Below, piece by piece: positions 30,418 to 40,525 of a stretch of DNA of 64,000 bases (position 1 is the stretch's first letter; every line of letters starts with the position of its first letter). This DNA comes from Lachnospiraceae bacterium (GTDB taxonomy: Bacteria > Bacillota > Clostridia > Lachnospirales > Lachnospiraceae), in contig CAAEMZ010000033.1 of NCBI GenBank assembly GCA_900757195.1, forward strand, positions 51,678 to 115,677. Direction: 5' to 3'. A program made the position numbers and the translations under genes. The notes below the pieces were generated by a model. The model was not told the origin of the DNA and made no database searches. It was given only the letters and a program-made list of their open reading frames with translations.

Positions 30418-30445
30418 GGGCTTTCCTTTTGGAAAGTCCTTTTTT
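30418..30445 (+). terminator. TPP riboswitch terminator
   Basis: gggctttcc-tttt-ggaaagtcc followed by T tract. Confidence 0.8.
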
Positions 30446-30523
30446 GATTTTACAGCATATTTTTGTAAAGTCAGAAGCGCTCTGGAAAAGATGCACTGAG
30501 CATACCGCTATGGAGGAGAAAAA

Positions 30524-31186
30524 ATGACATTAACAGACGAATTGTATGAAAGTGTAAAAGACATTTGGAAAGGGTATCCGAAACATCCTTTTGTACAGGG
30601 CATCGGGGACGGAAGCCTTCCGATTGAAAAGTTCCGGTTTTACATGCTGCAGGACTATTTATATTTATATGAATATGCCAAGGTGTTTGCTCTGGGCGTT
30701 GTAAAAGCCAAAGAACCGTCCATGATCCGGCGTTTTTCCTGGTTTGTGGAAGATACGCTGGGCGGTGAGATGGATATCCATTCCGGCTATATGGAACGCC
30801 TTGGGATTACCGATGAGGATATTGCCAGAGCATCCATGAGCCTTGCCAACGCTTCTTATACAAGCTATATGCTGAATGTGGGATTTAAGGGAGATGTGCT
30901 GGATATTCTGGTGGCAATCCTCTCCTGTGCCTGGAGTTATGCGGAGATTGGCCGCGAGGTGGCTGCGGCTTATCCGGAATCCGTTCAGCATCCGTTTTAC
31001 GGTGAATGGGTCAAAGGCTATACTTCAAAAGAATATAATGAAATGAATGATGAGATATTATATTTAGTCAATACCCTTGGAGAAAAAATCAGCCGGGCCC
31101 GGGTGGCGGAGTTGAAAGAGGTTTTTGTAAACTGCAGCCGCTACGAAGCCATGTTCTGGGATATGGCATGGAATATGGAGATGTAA
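30524..31186 (+). CDS. tenA: Thiaminase II / aminopyrimidine aminohydrolase
   Basis: HPFVQGIGDGSL, FYMLQDYLYL, LSCAWSY (catalytic Cys), YEAMFWDMA. Confidence 0.93.
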   Translation: MTLTDELYESVKDIWKGYPKHPFVQGIGDGSLPIEKFRFYMLQDYLYLYEYAKVFALGVVKAKEPSMIRRFSWFVEDTLGGEMDIHSGYMERLGITDEDIARASMSLANASYTSYMLNVGFKGDVLDILVAILSCAWSYAEIGREVAAAYPESVQHPFYGEWVKGYTSKEYNEMNDEILYLVNTLGEKISRARVAELKEVFVNCSRYEAMFWDMAWNMEM

Positions 31187-31189
31187 AAA

Positions 31190-31939
31190 ATGCTGACTTT
31201 TAAAAATGTAACCTTTCGATATCCGGAAGACGAAACGGCGATGATGGAAAACCTTTCTTTTCACGTGGAACGGGGCGCCTTTGTTTCTTTGATCGGCGCC
31301 AGCGGCTGCGGCAAGAGTACGGTTTTCCGGCTGATTAACCGGCTTTTGGAACCGCAGAACGGTGAAATTTTTGTTGATGGAAAAGAAATCCATCAAATCC
31401 GCAGTTATGCGGGGTATATGCCCCAGAAGGACCTTTTATTTCCCTGGCGGACGATTGAAAAAAATCTCTGCCTTCCGATGGAAATACAGAAAATCGGCCG
31501 GGAAGAACAGAAGGAGCGGGTGACCCGGGTACTGGAACAGGTGGGGCTGGAGGGTTACCGGAACAAATATCCGAAGGATCTTTCCGGCGGAATGCGCCAG
31601 CGGATTTCCTTTGCCAGGACACTGCTGACAGAGGCGGATCTCATGCTTCTGGATGAGCCCTTCAGCGCGCTGGATGCTCTGACCCGGATGGATATGCAGG
31701 AATGGCTGCTTCATCAGTGGGAGCATTTTCATAAAACCATCGTGTTTATTACCCATGATGTGGAAGAGGCGGTCTTTCTTTCAAAGAAAATTTATATTAT
31801 CACGGAAACGCCGATGACCCATCTGGAGGTTGTGGACGTTCCGGAGGGCTATCCGAGAAACCGGGAGTTTTTGCGGCGGCCGGATATAGAGATGCTGAAA
31901 GAAAAGCTGACCCGTCAGCTCAGAAAGCAGGTGAATTAA
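31190..31939 (+). CDS. ABC ATP-binding protein (ThiZ-like)
   Basis: GASGCGKST, LSGGMRQR, LLDEPFSALD; in TPP-regulated operon. Confidence 0.9.
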   Translation: MLTFKNVTFRYPEDETAMMENLSFHVERGAFVSLIGASGCGKSTVFRLINRLLEPQNGEIFVDGKEIHQIRSYAGYMPQKDLLFPWRTIEKNLCLPMEIQKIGREEQKERVTRVLEQVGLEGYRNKYPKDLSGGMRQRISFARTLLTEADLMLLDEPFSALDALTRMDMQEWLLHQWEHFHKTIVFITHDVEEAVFLSKKIYIITETPMTHLEVVDVPEGYPRNREFLRRPDIEMLKEKLTRQLRKQVN

Positions 31940-31940
31940 G

Positions 31941-32684
31941 ATGAAACGATATGGACCTTCCGTTGTTTTTCTGGCAGTCCTGCTTTTCCTTTGGCAGTTT
32001 GGTGCGGGGATGATGAACGCGGCGTATATTTTGCCGACACCGACGGGGATTTTGAAAAAGCTCTGGGAGCTCAGAGAACCCCTGTTTCTGATTCATCTGC
32101 CGGCAACGATGAAAGTCACGCTCATCGGTCTGCTGATTTCTGTGGTGCTCGGTATCGGCCTGGCAGTGCTCATGGATGTGAACCCGGTGATCGAACGGGC
32201 GCTGTACCCGATTGTGATCGCTTCCCAGACCATTCCGACAACGGCAATCGCGCCCCTTTTTGTCGTATGGTTTGGCTATGGCATCTGGAGTAAGATTGTG
32301 GTGACGATACTGATGACATTTTTTCCGATTACGATTACCGTCTTTGACGGGTTTAAATCGGCAAAGCGGGAAATGGAGGAACTGCTGATCAGTTATGGCG
32401 CGTCCAAAAAGGACATTTTTTTGAAACTCAAGCTGCCGACGGCGCTGCCTCACTTTTTTTCTGCCATAAAGATGGCGATTCCTTTGAGTGTGATCGGCGC
32501 TGCCATTGGAGAATGGCTCGGAGCCCAGAGCGGCCTCGGGTATTTCAGCCGGCGGATGATGACACAGCTAGACGGAGCCGGCGTTTTTGCACCGATTCTT
32601 TTATTATCGGCAGTAGCCATGATCTTCGTGGGAATAATCAGCCTGCTTGAAAATATTTTAATTAAATGGAGGAAAGAGCTATGA
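31941..32684 (+). CDS. ABC permease (ThiX/SsuC-like)
   Basis: ILPTP, QTIPTTAIAPLFVVWFGYG, GAAIGEW. Confidence 0.9.
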   Translation: MKRYGPSVVFLAVLLFLWQFGAGMMNAAYILPTPTGILKKLWELREPLFLIHLPATMKVTLIGLLISVVLGIGLAVLMDVNPVIERALYPIVIASQTIPTTAIAPLFVVWFGYGIWSKIVVTILMTFFPITITVFDGFKSAKREMEELLISYGASKKDIFLKLKLPTALPHFFSAIKMAIPLSVIGAAIGEWLGAQSGLGYFSRRMMTQLDGAGVFAPILLLSAVAMIFVGIISLLENILIKWRKEL

Positions 32685-33727
32685 AAAAAATACTGGCAAT
32701 TCTTATGTGCGGTGCCTTACTGATGGGATTTACCGCCTGCGGACAGAAAACAACCGAAAAAACGGCGTCAACCGACAGCCCGGAGGGGGCTCAGGAAGAA
32801 AGCGGCGCATCAGCCGATCTGAAGGAAGTCAATGTGGTATTGGACTGGTATCCGAATGCGGTGCATGCATTTATCTATGATGCGATTGAAAAAGGCTACT
32901 ATGCGGAAGAGGGAATTAAAGTGAATGTCCAGTTCCCGTCCAACACCAATGACGCCATGTCGCTGACAGCGGCAGGCAAGGCGGAAGTCGGCATTTACTA
33001 TTTGCCGGATGTGATTATGGCCCGGGCAAACCAGGATGTGCCGATCCGCTGTATTGGAGCCCTGACTCAGTCAGACCTGAATATCATTTTGTCACTGAAG
33101 GAAAAAAATATTCAGAGTCCGAAGGATCTGGTCGGAAAGACGATCGGCTATTCCGGAACCGAACTGAGTGAAGCGATGGTTCGGGAAATGATGGAAACCG
33201 CCGGCGTTTCTGCGGATTCTGTGACGATGGTGGATGTCGGTTTTGACCTGATGTCTTCGATGACGACCGGCCAGGTGGATGCGACCATCGGCTGCATGGT
33301 GAATCATGAAGTGCCTCAGATGGAAAAGGAAGGATTTGAAGTAAATTATTTTTATCCGCATGAATATGGCGTGCCGGGCAGCTATGAGTTGATTTTTGTC
33401 ACAAGTGATGATATGATTAACAACAACGCTGATGTTTTGGCGGCATTCATGAGAGCTTCGGCCAAAGGGTTTGAAGATATGAAGGCAGACCCGGAAGCAG
33501 TTCTGGATATTTTACTGAAAAATCAGAATGAAGAAAATTTCCCGCTGGATAAAGATGTCGAAATGCGGAGTATGGAAGTGCTCCTGCCGGTGCTGGCATC
33601 TTCCGAAGGCACCTTTGGCGCGCAGGAAGCTTCAGTATGGCAGGCAAATATCGACTGGCTGAAGGAAAAAGGACTTCTTAAGAATGAAATTACGCCGGAG
33701 GAACTGATGGCGGATGTCATGAATTAA
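32681..33727 (+). CDS. ThiY/NMT1-like substrate-binding lipoprotein (HMP precursor uptake)
   Basis: Lipobox FTAC, LDWYPNAVH, KGYYAEEG; ATG 32681 after GGAGG. Confidence 0.9.
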   Translation: MKKILAILMCGALLMGFTACGQKTTEKTASTDSPEGAQEESGASADLKEVNVVLDWYPNAVHAFIYDAIEKGYYAEEGIKVNVQFPSNTNDAMSLTAAGKAEVGIYYLPDVIMARANQDVPIRCIGALTQSDLNIILSLKEKNIQSPKDLVGKTIGYSGTELSEAMVREMMETAGVSADSVTMVDVGFDLMSSMTTGQVDATIGCMVNHEVPQMEKEGFEVNYFYPHEYGVPGSYELIFVTSDDMINNNADVLAAFMRASAKGFEDMKADPEAVLDILLKNQNEENFPLDKDVEMRSMEVLLPVLASSEGTFGAQEASVWQANIDWLKEKGLLKNEITPEELMADVMN

Positions 33728-33739
33728 GGAGGAAAAGAA

Positions 33740-34306
33740 ATGGATAAGATGGCTCAGATAATACCGGTTGTGCAGTCCTGGGCGATTCCGGTGTTATGTG
33801 TCATTATGGTAATTGCGGCATTGAATATGATGAAACAGCCGGGAAAGACTCAGGTGACCGATGAAAACAATTTTAAAGTGACGGAGAACAGCTTTTGGCT
33901 GGTTCTCGCAGGGTTCACCGTGCTGATCGCGGCGATTCTCATCTGGATGGGTGTGACTCATGATAATGCAGGACAGGCGATCGCTACATATATTATGGCG
34001 GGATTGTGTGTGGCTGCAGCGATTGCTTTTGTATATGTATATTTCAAAAAGAATCTGACTGTTGAAGGCGATACGCTGACTTATCAGCCGATCTGGGGCA
34101 AAAAAGTGACCTGTGCGGCGAAGACTGTCGGAAAAATTGAACGGCTGGAATCATCGAGGGGCGAGAGCTTTAAATTTTACAATCGTTCCGGAAAGCTGCT
34201 TTTTGAAATCCAGGGCTATATGGTCAATTCAAAGGCGCTGCTGAAGCATATGAAAAAATATCCGGTAAAAATCACCCGGATCGAAGCCGACGCATCAAAT
34301 AAATAA
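33740..34306 (+). CDS. Hypothetical membrane protein (3 TM plus small soluble C-terminal domain)
   Basis: 188-aa ORF with AAGGAGG RBS; three hydrophobic segments. Confidence 0.75.
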   Translation: MDKMAQIIPVVQSWAIPVLCVIMVIAALNMMKQPGKTQVTDENNFKVTENSFWLVLAGFTVLIAAILIWMGVTHDNAGQAIATYIMAGLCVAAAIAFVYVYFKKNLTVEGDTLTYQPIWGKKVTCAAKTVGKIERLESSRGESFKFYNRSGKLLFEIQGYMVNSKALLKHMKKYPVKITRIEADASNK

Positions 34307-34314
34307 AAAGATTT

Positions 34315-34360
34315 AAGGGAAGCTGAACTGGTTTAATGGCCGTTCGGCTTCCCTTTTTCT
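34315..34360 (+). terminator. Intrinsic terminator
   Basis: aagggaagctgaac...gttcggcttccctttttct. Confidence 0.75.
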
Positions 34361-34402
34361 TGACATTCCCTGCAAAAAGACATATACTTTGAATATCAAA
34401 CT
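34360..34402 (+). promoter_or_regulatory. sigmaA promoter of fabH with FabT-like operator
   Basis: TTGACA(34360)-17-TATACT(34383); palindrome ACTTTGAATATCAAACT at 34386-34402 (TTTGA-N3-TCAAA) overlapping -10. Confidence 0.7.
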
Positions 34403-34437
34403 ATTTGAAATTATATGTAAATTGAAAGGATATAAAT

Positions 34438-35415
34438 ATGACACGAGCAAAAATATTGGGAACAGGACGGGGCCTTCCTGAAAGAGTTGTTACAAATGAT
34501 GATCTGGCGGAATTTCTGGATACGAGCGATGCCTGGATCCGGGAGCGGACCGGAATCTGTCAGCGCCGGATCGCGGCGAAGGAAACACTGCTGGAACTCT
34601 GTGAAGAAGCGGCCAGACAGGCGATGGACCAGTCGGGCGTCGAAGCCGGGGAACTGGATATGATTATCGCAGCCACACTGACGGCAGATCATCCGCTGCC
34701 GAATCTCTCAAGCAGCCTTCAGCGGGTTCTCGGAGCGGACAACGCCGTATGCTTTGATTTGAGCGCTGCCTGCTCGGGCTTTATTTTTGCCCTGACGACG
34801 GCACAGATGTATATTCAGAGCGGTCATGCCAAAAAGGTATTGGTTCTTGGCGGAGAAATTTTATCGAAAATTATGGACTGGACAGACCGGAGCACCTGTA
34901 TTCTCTTTGGCGATGGCGCGGGTGCGGCGGTTGTCGGTGTCAGTGAAAATGAGGAAGGGATTCTGGCGGCCGATCTGGGGTCCAACGGAAAAAAAGGAGG
35001 CGTTTTAAGCCTGCCGGGGCGTCCGGTGGAAAATCCTTTCCGTCCGGCGGAAAAAGGACCGGAAAAATGTTATGTTCATATGGAAGGGCAGGAAGTCTTT
35101 AAATTTGCCGTATCCCAGGTTCCGGCCAGTATCCGGAAACTTCTTGAAGAAAGCGGAAAAAGTATTGACGATGTGGACTGCTTTGTTCTCCATCAGGCCA
35201 ATCTACGGATTATACGTTCTGCGGCAAAACGGCTGAAAGCTCCGGAAGAAAAGTTTTTTATAAATATGGAACGTTACGGAAATACCTCGGCTGCCAGTGT
35301 GCCGATCGCCCTGGATGAAGGCATCCGCAGCGGAAGGATAAAAAAAGGGGACCTGATCGTTCTTTCCGGATTTGGCGGCGGCCTGACCTGGGGGTCAATG
35401 TTGGTTCAAATGTAG
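34438..35415 (+). CDS. fabH: 3-oxoacyl-ACP synthase III
   Basis: WIRERTGI, AACSGF, FGDGAGA, HQAN, YGNTSAASVP, GFGGGLTWG. Confidence 0.95.
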   Translation: MTRAKILGTGRGLPERVVTNDDLAEFLDTSDAWIRERTGICQRRIAAKETLLELCEEAARQAMDQSGVEAGELDMIIAATLTADHPLPNLSSSLQRVLGADNAVCFDLSAACSGFIFALTTAQMYIQSGHAKKVLVLGGEILSKIMDWTDRSTCILFGDGAGAAVVGVSENEEGILAADLGSNGKKGGVLSLPGRPVENPFRPAEKGPEKCYVHMEGQEVFKFAVSQVPASIRKLLEESGKSIDDVDCFVLHQANLRIIRSAAKRLKAPEEKFFINMERYGNTSAASVPIALDEGIRSGRIKKGDLIVLSGFGGGLTWGSMLVQM

Positions 35416-35611
35416 AAAAAGATTGGAAAATGTATTCAAATTGAGTCTTGTCAAAATGATAGCAAAAATTATGCATGAAAATTGTTAAAAAAAGGATAAA
35501 TTTCGCAAATTGATGGTCAATTTATCAAAAATGTGCTAGGATAGAACTGTAATTTTAGTGACTTTTTATTTCGGTAATTATAATTTGCAGGCAATTGTTG
35601 CAAGATAGCGT

Positions 35612-35643
35612 ATGTTATAAAGCATAGAAATGCAAAACTGCAT
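35612..35643 (+). promoter_or_regulatory. Tandem upstream activator sites for a sigma54 activator
   Basis: ATGTTATAAAGCAT (35612-35625) and ATGCAAAACTGCAT (35630-35643), 18-bp period; same arrangement at 47006-47037. Confidence 0.7.
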
Positions 35644-35706
35644 ACGCAATTGTGAAAAAAAAAACAAAAAATCCAGTAAAAATGGGGGTTCTGGAGAAAT
35701 AAAACT

Positions 35707-35721
35707 TGGCACGGAACTTGC
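35707..35721 (+). promoter_or_regulatory. sigma54 (-24/-12) promoter of the bcd operon
   Basis: TGGCACGGAACTTGC matches TGGCACG-N4-TTGC. Confidence 0.9.
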
Positions 35722-35769
35722 GGAATATAATTACTGAAAAGAAATTATAAGTTTAAGGAGGAGTATTTT

Positions 35770-36909
35770 ATGGAGTTTGGTTTATCAAAAGAGCATCTTC
35801 TGGCACAACAGTTATACAGAAGCTTTGCAGAAAAAGAAGTTAAGCCGCTTGCTCAGGAAGTGGACGAAGAAGAAAGATTCCCGGTGGAAACCATCGAGAA
35901 AATGGCTAAATATGGTATGTTAGGTATTCCTATTCCGAAGGAATACGGCGGACAGGGTGCAGATGTCCTCACATATATCATGGCTGTTGAAGAGATGGCA
36001 AAGGTTTGCGGAACAACAGCAGTTATTATGTCCGCACATACATCCTTATGCGCAACACCGATTCTTGAGAACGGTACCGAAGAACAGAAACAGAAATATT
36101 TAGTACCACTGGCAAAGGGTGAAAAACTCGGTGCATTCGCACTGACAGAACCTGGTGCAGGTACAGACGCTTCCATGCAGCAGACAAAGGCTGTTCTGGA
36201 TGGCGATCATTACGTATTGAACGGTTCCAAGATTTTCATTACAAATGCTGAATTTGCAGATGTTTTCATCGTAATGGCTATGACCGACAAATCGAAAGGA
36301 ACCAAAGGTATTTCCGCATTTATTGTAGAAAAAGATTATCCTGGATTCTCCGTAGGCCCTCACGAGAAGAAGATGGGTATCCGTGGTTCATCCACATGTG
36401 AATTGATTTTCGAAAATTGTATCGTTCCAAAAGAGAACATGCTGGGCAAAGAAGGCAAAGGCTTTGCACTCGCTATGAAGACACTGGACGGCGGACGTAT
36501 CGGTATCGCTGCTCAGGCGCTGGGTCTTGCTGAAGGTGCTATTGAAGAAACAGTGAAGTATACAAACGAAAGAAAACAGTTCGGAAAGAAAATTTTCCAG
36601 TTCCAGAATACACAGTTCCAGCTTGCAGATCAGTTTGCAAAAACAGAAGCCGCAAAATATCTGGTATATAAAGCAGCATGGAAGAAAGATCAGAAGCTTC
36701 CGTTCTCTGTGGATGCAGCTACAGCAAAATTATTTGCAGCAGAAACAGCAATGGCTGTTACAACAAAGGCTGTACAGCTTTACGGTGGATATGGTTACAC
36801 AAGAGACTATCCGGTTGAACGTATGATGAGAGATGCCAAGATTACTGAAATCTATGAAGGTACTTCCGAAGTTCAGAGAATGGTTATCTCTGGTTCATTG
36901 TTACATTAG
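35770..36909 (+). CDS. bcd: Butyryl-CoA dehydrogenase-like acyl-CoA dehydrogenase, paralog 2
   Basis: [56 protein letters not shown]. Confidence 0.88.
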   Translation: MEFGLSKEHLLAQQLYRSFAEKEVKPLAQEVDEEERFPVETIEKMAKYGMLGIPIPKEYGGQGADVLTYIMAVEEMAKVCGTTAVIMSAHTSLCATPILENGTEEQKQKYLVPLAKGEKLGAFALTEPGAGTDASMQQTKAVLDGDHYVLNGSKIFITNAEFADVFIVMAMTDKSKGTKGISAFIVEKDYPGFSVGPHEKKMGIRGSSTCELIFENCIVPKENMLGKEGKGFALAMKTLDGGRIGIAAQALGLAEGAIEETVKYTNERKQFGKKIFQFQNTQFQLADQFAKTEAAKYLVYKAAWKKDQKLPFSVDAATAKLFAAETAMAVTTKAVQLYGGYGYTRDYPVERMMRDAKITEIYEGTSEVQRMVISGSLLH

Positions 36910-36933
36910 TATTTTGGAGAGGAGAATCAGGAC

Positions 36934-37731
36934 ATGAAAAATATTGTAGTATGTATTAAACAGGTTCCGGATACCACAGAAGTTAAACTTGATCCGGTTA
37001 CCGGAACACTTATCAGAGACGGCGTTCCAAGTATTATTAACCCTGATGACAAAGCAGCTCTCGAAGTTGCATTACAGATTAAAGAAAAAACCGGAGCAAA
37101 GGTTACGGTTGTTTCCATGGGACCTATGCAGGCAGATGTAGCGCTTCGTGAAGCTCTGGCTATGGGCGCTGACGATGCAGTGCTTGTATCCGACAGAAAG
37201 TTCGGCGGCGCTGATACATGGGCAACATCTTCAACAATTGCCGGCGCTATCAAAAAACTCGACTATGATTTAATCGTAGCCGGACGTCAGGCGATTGATG
37301 GTGATACCGCACAGGTTGGTCCTCAGATTGCAGAACATCTCGGAATCCCTCATGTCAGCTACGCAGCAAGCGTTGATGTTGAAGGCGATGATACCGTTGT
37401 TATCCGCAGAAACTTTGAAGACCGTTATCATATTATTGAAGCAAAAACACCATTGTTAATCACAACTCTCGGTGAGGAAATCGAACCTCGTTACATGAGT
37501 GTCGGCGGTATCTTCGACGCATACAGAGAAAAAGAAGTCAAAGTATGGGGCTATGAAGATATTAAAGATGCCGTTGATGATTCCAACCTGGGCCTGAAGG
37601 GTTCTCCGACACAGGTTAAGAAATCCTTCACGAAACCGGTGAAAGCACCTGGCGTTCTTCATGAAGATGTCAGTGCCGATGAAGCGGTTGAAATCATTAT
37701 TAACAAGTTAAAAGAAAAATACATCATTTAA
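36934..37731 (+). CDS. etfB: ETF beta subunit, bifurcating type
   Basis: VCIKQVPD, GTLIRDGVPSIINPDD, AGRQAIDGDTAQVGP, GLKGSPT. Confidence 0.93.
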   Translation: MKNIVVCIKQVPDTTEVKLDPVTGTLIRDGVPSIINPDDKAALEVALQIKEKTGAKVTVVSMGPMQADVALREALAMGADDAVLVSDRKFGGADTWATSSTIAGAIKKLDYDLIVAGRQAIDGDTAQVGPQIAEHLGIPHVSYAASVDVEGDDTVVIRRNFEDRYHIIEAKTPLLITTLGEEIEPRYMSVGGIFDAYREKEVKVWGYEDIKDAVDDSNLGLKGSPTQVKKSFTKPVKAPGVLHEDVSADEAVEIIINKLKEKYII

Positions 37732-37750
37732 TTAGGGAGCAGGTGAAACA

Positions 37751-38743
37751 ATGAGTAAGAATGTATATGTTTTTGCAGAGCAGAGAGATGGAGTTATCCA
37801 GAAGGTTGCTTATGAACTGATTGGTAAAGCAAAAGAACTGGCTGCAGATTTGAACCAGGAAGTTGTTGCTGTTGTTTTAGGCGATGGCATCCAGGCAGCC
37901 GCTGCAGAATTATTTAAACATGGCGCAGACCAGGTAATCGCAGTTGATGCTCCGGTACTTGGTGAATATTCCACAGAACCTTACGCAAAAGCGATGAACG
38001 CTGTAATCAAAGCCAAAGAACCTGAAATCGTTATCTACGGTGCAACAGCAATTGGCCGTGATCTGGCACCGCGTGTATCTGCCAGAGTACATACCGGTCT
38101 GACAGCCGACTGTACAAAACTGGAGATCGATCCGGAAACAAAAGGTCTTATGATGACCCGTCCGGCATTCGGTGGAAACATCATGGCAACGATCGTTTGT
38201 CCAAACTTCCGTCCTCAGATGGCAACTGTTCGTCCGGGCGTTATGCAGGCACTTGCAGCAGACGATTCAAAGACAGGTACGGTTGAAGTATTTGATGCCG
38301 GTGTCAGCGAAGCAGACATGAACATCAAGATTCGTGAAGTTGTTAAAGATACGAAGAAATCTGTGGATATTACAGAAGCTAAGATCCTTGTATCCGGCGG
38401 ACGTGGTATCGGCGGACCGGAAGGTTTCGATATGCTGAAAGATCTGGCAGACGAACTGGGCGGCGAAATTTCTTCCTCCAGAGCATGTGTCGATGCCGGA
38501 TGGATTGACAGAGACCGTCAGGTTGGACAGACAGGTAAGACCGTAAGACCGAATCTTTATATTGCAGCAGGTATCTCCGGTGCGATCCAGCATGCGGCAG
38601 GTATGGAAGATTCTGATCTGATTATTGCGATCAATCTGAACAATACAGCACCTATTTTTGAGGTTGCTGATGTCGGTATCGTAGGAGATTGCAGAACAAT
38701 TATACCAAAATTAACAGAAGCATTGAAAAAAATGGAGAAATAA
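37751..38743 (+). CDS. etfA: ETF alpha subunit, bifurcating type
   Basis: GLTADCT, MTRPAFGGNIMATI, RPQMATVRPG, QVGQTGK, GISGAIQH. Confidence 0.93.
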   Translation: MSKNVYVFAEQRDGVIQKVAYELIGKAKELAADLNQEVVAVVLGDGIQAAAAELFKHGADQVIAVDAPVLGEYSTEPYAKAMNAVIKAKEPEIVIYGATAIGRDLAPRVSARVHTGLTADCTKLEIDPETKGLMMTRPAFGGNIMATIVCPNFRPQMATVRPGVMQALAADDSKTGTVEVFDAGVSEADMNIKIREVVKDTKKSVDITEAKILVSGGRGIGGPEGFDMLKDLADELGGEISSSRACVDAGWIDRDRQVGQTGKTVRPNLYIAAGISGAIQHAAGMEDSDLIIAINLNNTAPIFEVADVGIVGDCRTIIPKLTEALKKMEK

Positions 38744-38763
38744 GTTATAATTTTAACAACGAC

Positions 38764-38794
38764 CGTATCCGGGGGCGTTAAACCCCCGGATACG
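38764..38794 (+). other. Intergenic stem-loop without U tract
   Basis: cgtatccggggg...cccccggatacg. Confidence 0.55.
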
Positions 38795-38920
38795 ATTGAT
38801 GATAACTGCCGGGATTCAGTGGTGCGTTTCACGGCGGTATAGTTATATTACATTTTTTAAACGAAAATATATTCCCGGGGGTTAATTTGGGAATATAGAG
38901 TTTGTGAGGAGGTTTTTGGC

Positions 38921-40495
38921 ATGAGTAAAGTAGTTACTATGGAACAGGCTGTTGCAATGATTCAGCCGGGCGATTGTGTCATTACAAGCGGTTTCCTGAC
39001 AGCAGGAACACCGGATGCGATTATGAAAGCTGTCGCAGATTCTTTCGATGCAACAGGTACTCCAAATAACCTGACAATTATGTATGGTGCCGGCCAGGGA
39101 AATAAAAAAGGCGGTCAGCAGGAACGCTGGGCAAAGGAAGGCCTTATTAAACGCTGGATTGGCGGCCACTATGGTTTTGCTCCAAAGGTTATTGATATGA
39201 TTAATAATAACCAGGTAGAAGCATACAATCTGCCTCAGGGTGTTATTATTGAAATGTACCGGGCGATGGGTCAGGGACGTAAAGGTTATATTACCAATGT
39301 TGGTCTTGAAACTTTCGTTGACCCGCGTCTCGAAGGCGGTAAATTAAACAGCCGTACAACAGAGGATATTATTAAAGTTGTCGAAATCGAAGGCGATGAA
39401 TATTTATATTATCTGCTTCCGAAGGCAAATATTTCCCTGATTCGAGTAACTACCGCAGATACAAATGGAAACTGTACGATTGAAGATGAAATTCTTCCGC
39501 TGGATATGTTATCCGCTGCAATGGCTGCAAAAGGCTGTGGCGGTAAAGTTATTGTACAGGCTAAAAACATTGTAGCTGCAGATACGATCCCATCAAGACA
39601 GGTAGCGATCCCAGGTATCTTTGTTGATGCGATCGTTGTTCCGGAAAATCCGGAAGAAACACACAGACAGTGCGCAGATTTCTTTGTAAATCCGACATTA
39701 TCCGGTGCTTACAAAGTTCCTGCAGGCGCTACAGCTCCAGAGCCATTCGGAACCAAAAAATTTATTGGCAGACGATGTGCGATGGAACTCGTTCCAAACG
39801 CAGTAGTTAACCTTGGTGTTGGTATTCCTGAAAAAGTTGCAACTGTTGCAGGTGAAGAAGGATTTGCAGACCAGTTGACACTGACAACCGAGTCCGGTAT
39901 GATCGGCGGTATTCCTAGCGGCGGCGGCTCCTTTGGTGCAGGAGTTAACGGCTGGGCTGAATTGCCGGAAGTCAGCCAGTTCGACCTGTATGACGGCGGC
40001 GGACTTGATGTTACATATCTTGGCTTGGCAGAATGTGATTCCAATGGTAACGTTAACGTAAGTAAATTTGGAACAAACGTTGCCGGCTGCGGTGGCTTTA
40101 TCAATATTTCCCAGAATACAAAGAACTGTATTTTCTGTGGAACATTCACAGCAGGCGGACTTAAAACGAAGGTTGAAGATGGCAAGCTTGTGATCGTTCA
40201 GGAAGGTAAGAAGAAAAAATTTGTATCTTCTGTTGAACAGATTACATTCTCAGGCAATTATGCTCGAAGAAATGAAATGAATGTTAAATTCGTGACAGAA
40301 CGAGCTGTTATTGAACTGCTGGCAGACGGCCTGACAGTGACAGAAATTGCGCCTGGTATCGACCTTCAGACACAGGTTCTCGACCAGATGGATTTTAAAC
40401 CATTGGTTGCAGAAAACCTGAAAACTATGGACCCTCGGATTTTTGTTGATGCTCCGATGGGCATTAAAGATGAAATCCTGGCTAAGGTGAAATAG
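38921..40495 (+). CDS. Family I acyl-CoA transferase (fused Pct/YdiF type)
   Basis: AYNLPQG, VGLETFVDPR, VNLGVGIPE, TESG catalytic Glu, GCGGFINISQ, TERAV, EIAPGIDL. Confidence 0.9.
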   Translation: MSKVVTMEQAVAMIQPGDCVITSGFLTAGTPDAIMKAVADSFDATGTPNNLTIMYGAGQGNKKGGQQERWAKEGLIKRWIGGHYGFAPKVIDMINNNQVEAYNLPQGVIIEMYRAMGQGRKGYITNVGLETFVDPRLEGGKLNSRTTEDIIKVVEIEGDEYLYYLLPKANISLIRVTTADTNGNCTIEDEILPLDMLSAAMAAKGCGGKVIVQAKNIVAADTIPSRQVAIPGIFVDAIVVPENPEETHRQCADFFVNPTLSGAYKVPAGATAPEPFGTKKFIGRRCAMELVPNAVVNLGVGIPEKVATVAGEEGFADQLTLTTESGMIGGIPSGGGSFGAGVNGWAELPEVSQFDLYDGGGLDVTYLGLAECDSNGNVNVSKFGTNVAGCGGFINISQNTKNCIFCGTFTAGGLKTKVEDGKLVIVQEGKKKKFVSSVEQITFSGNYARRNEMNVKFVTERAVIELLADGLTVTEIAPGIDLQTQVLDQMDFKPLVAENLKTMDPRIFVDAPMGIKDEILAKVK

Positions 40496-40525
40496 TTTCT
40501 GACTTAACGAGGGAGGAAAAATAAT

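Noticed and set aside
35650..35667. Rex-like site TTGTGAAAAAAAAAACAA upstream of bcd
   Set aside because: Right half has 2-3 mismatches and lies in a poly-A tract; cannot be supported.
25987..36182. Possible gene conversion between the two acyl-CoA dehydrogenases
   Set aside because: The near-identical peptide stretch has many synonymous differences, consistent with ordinary conservation.
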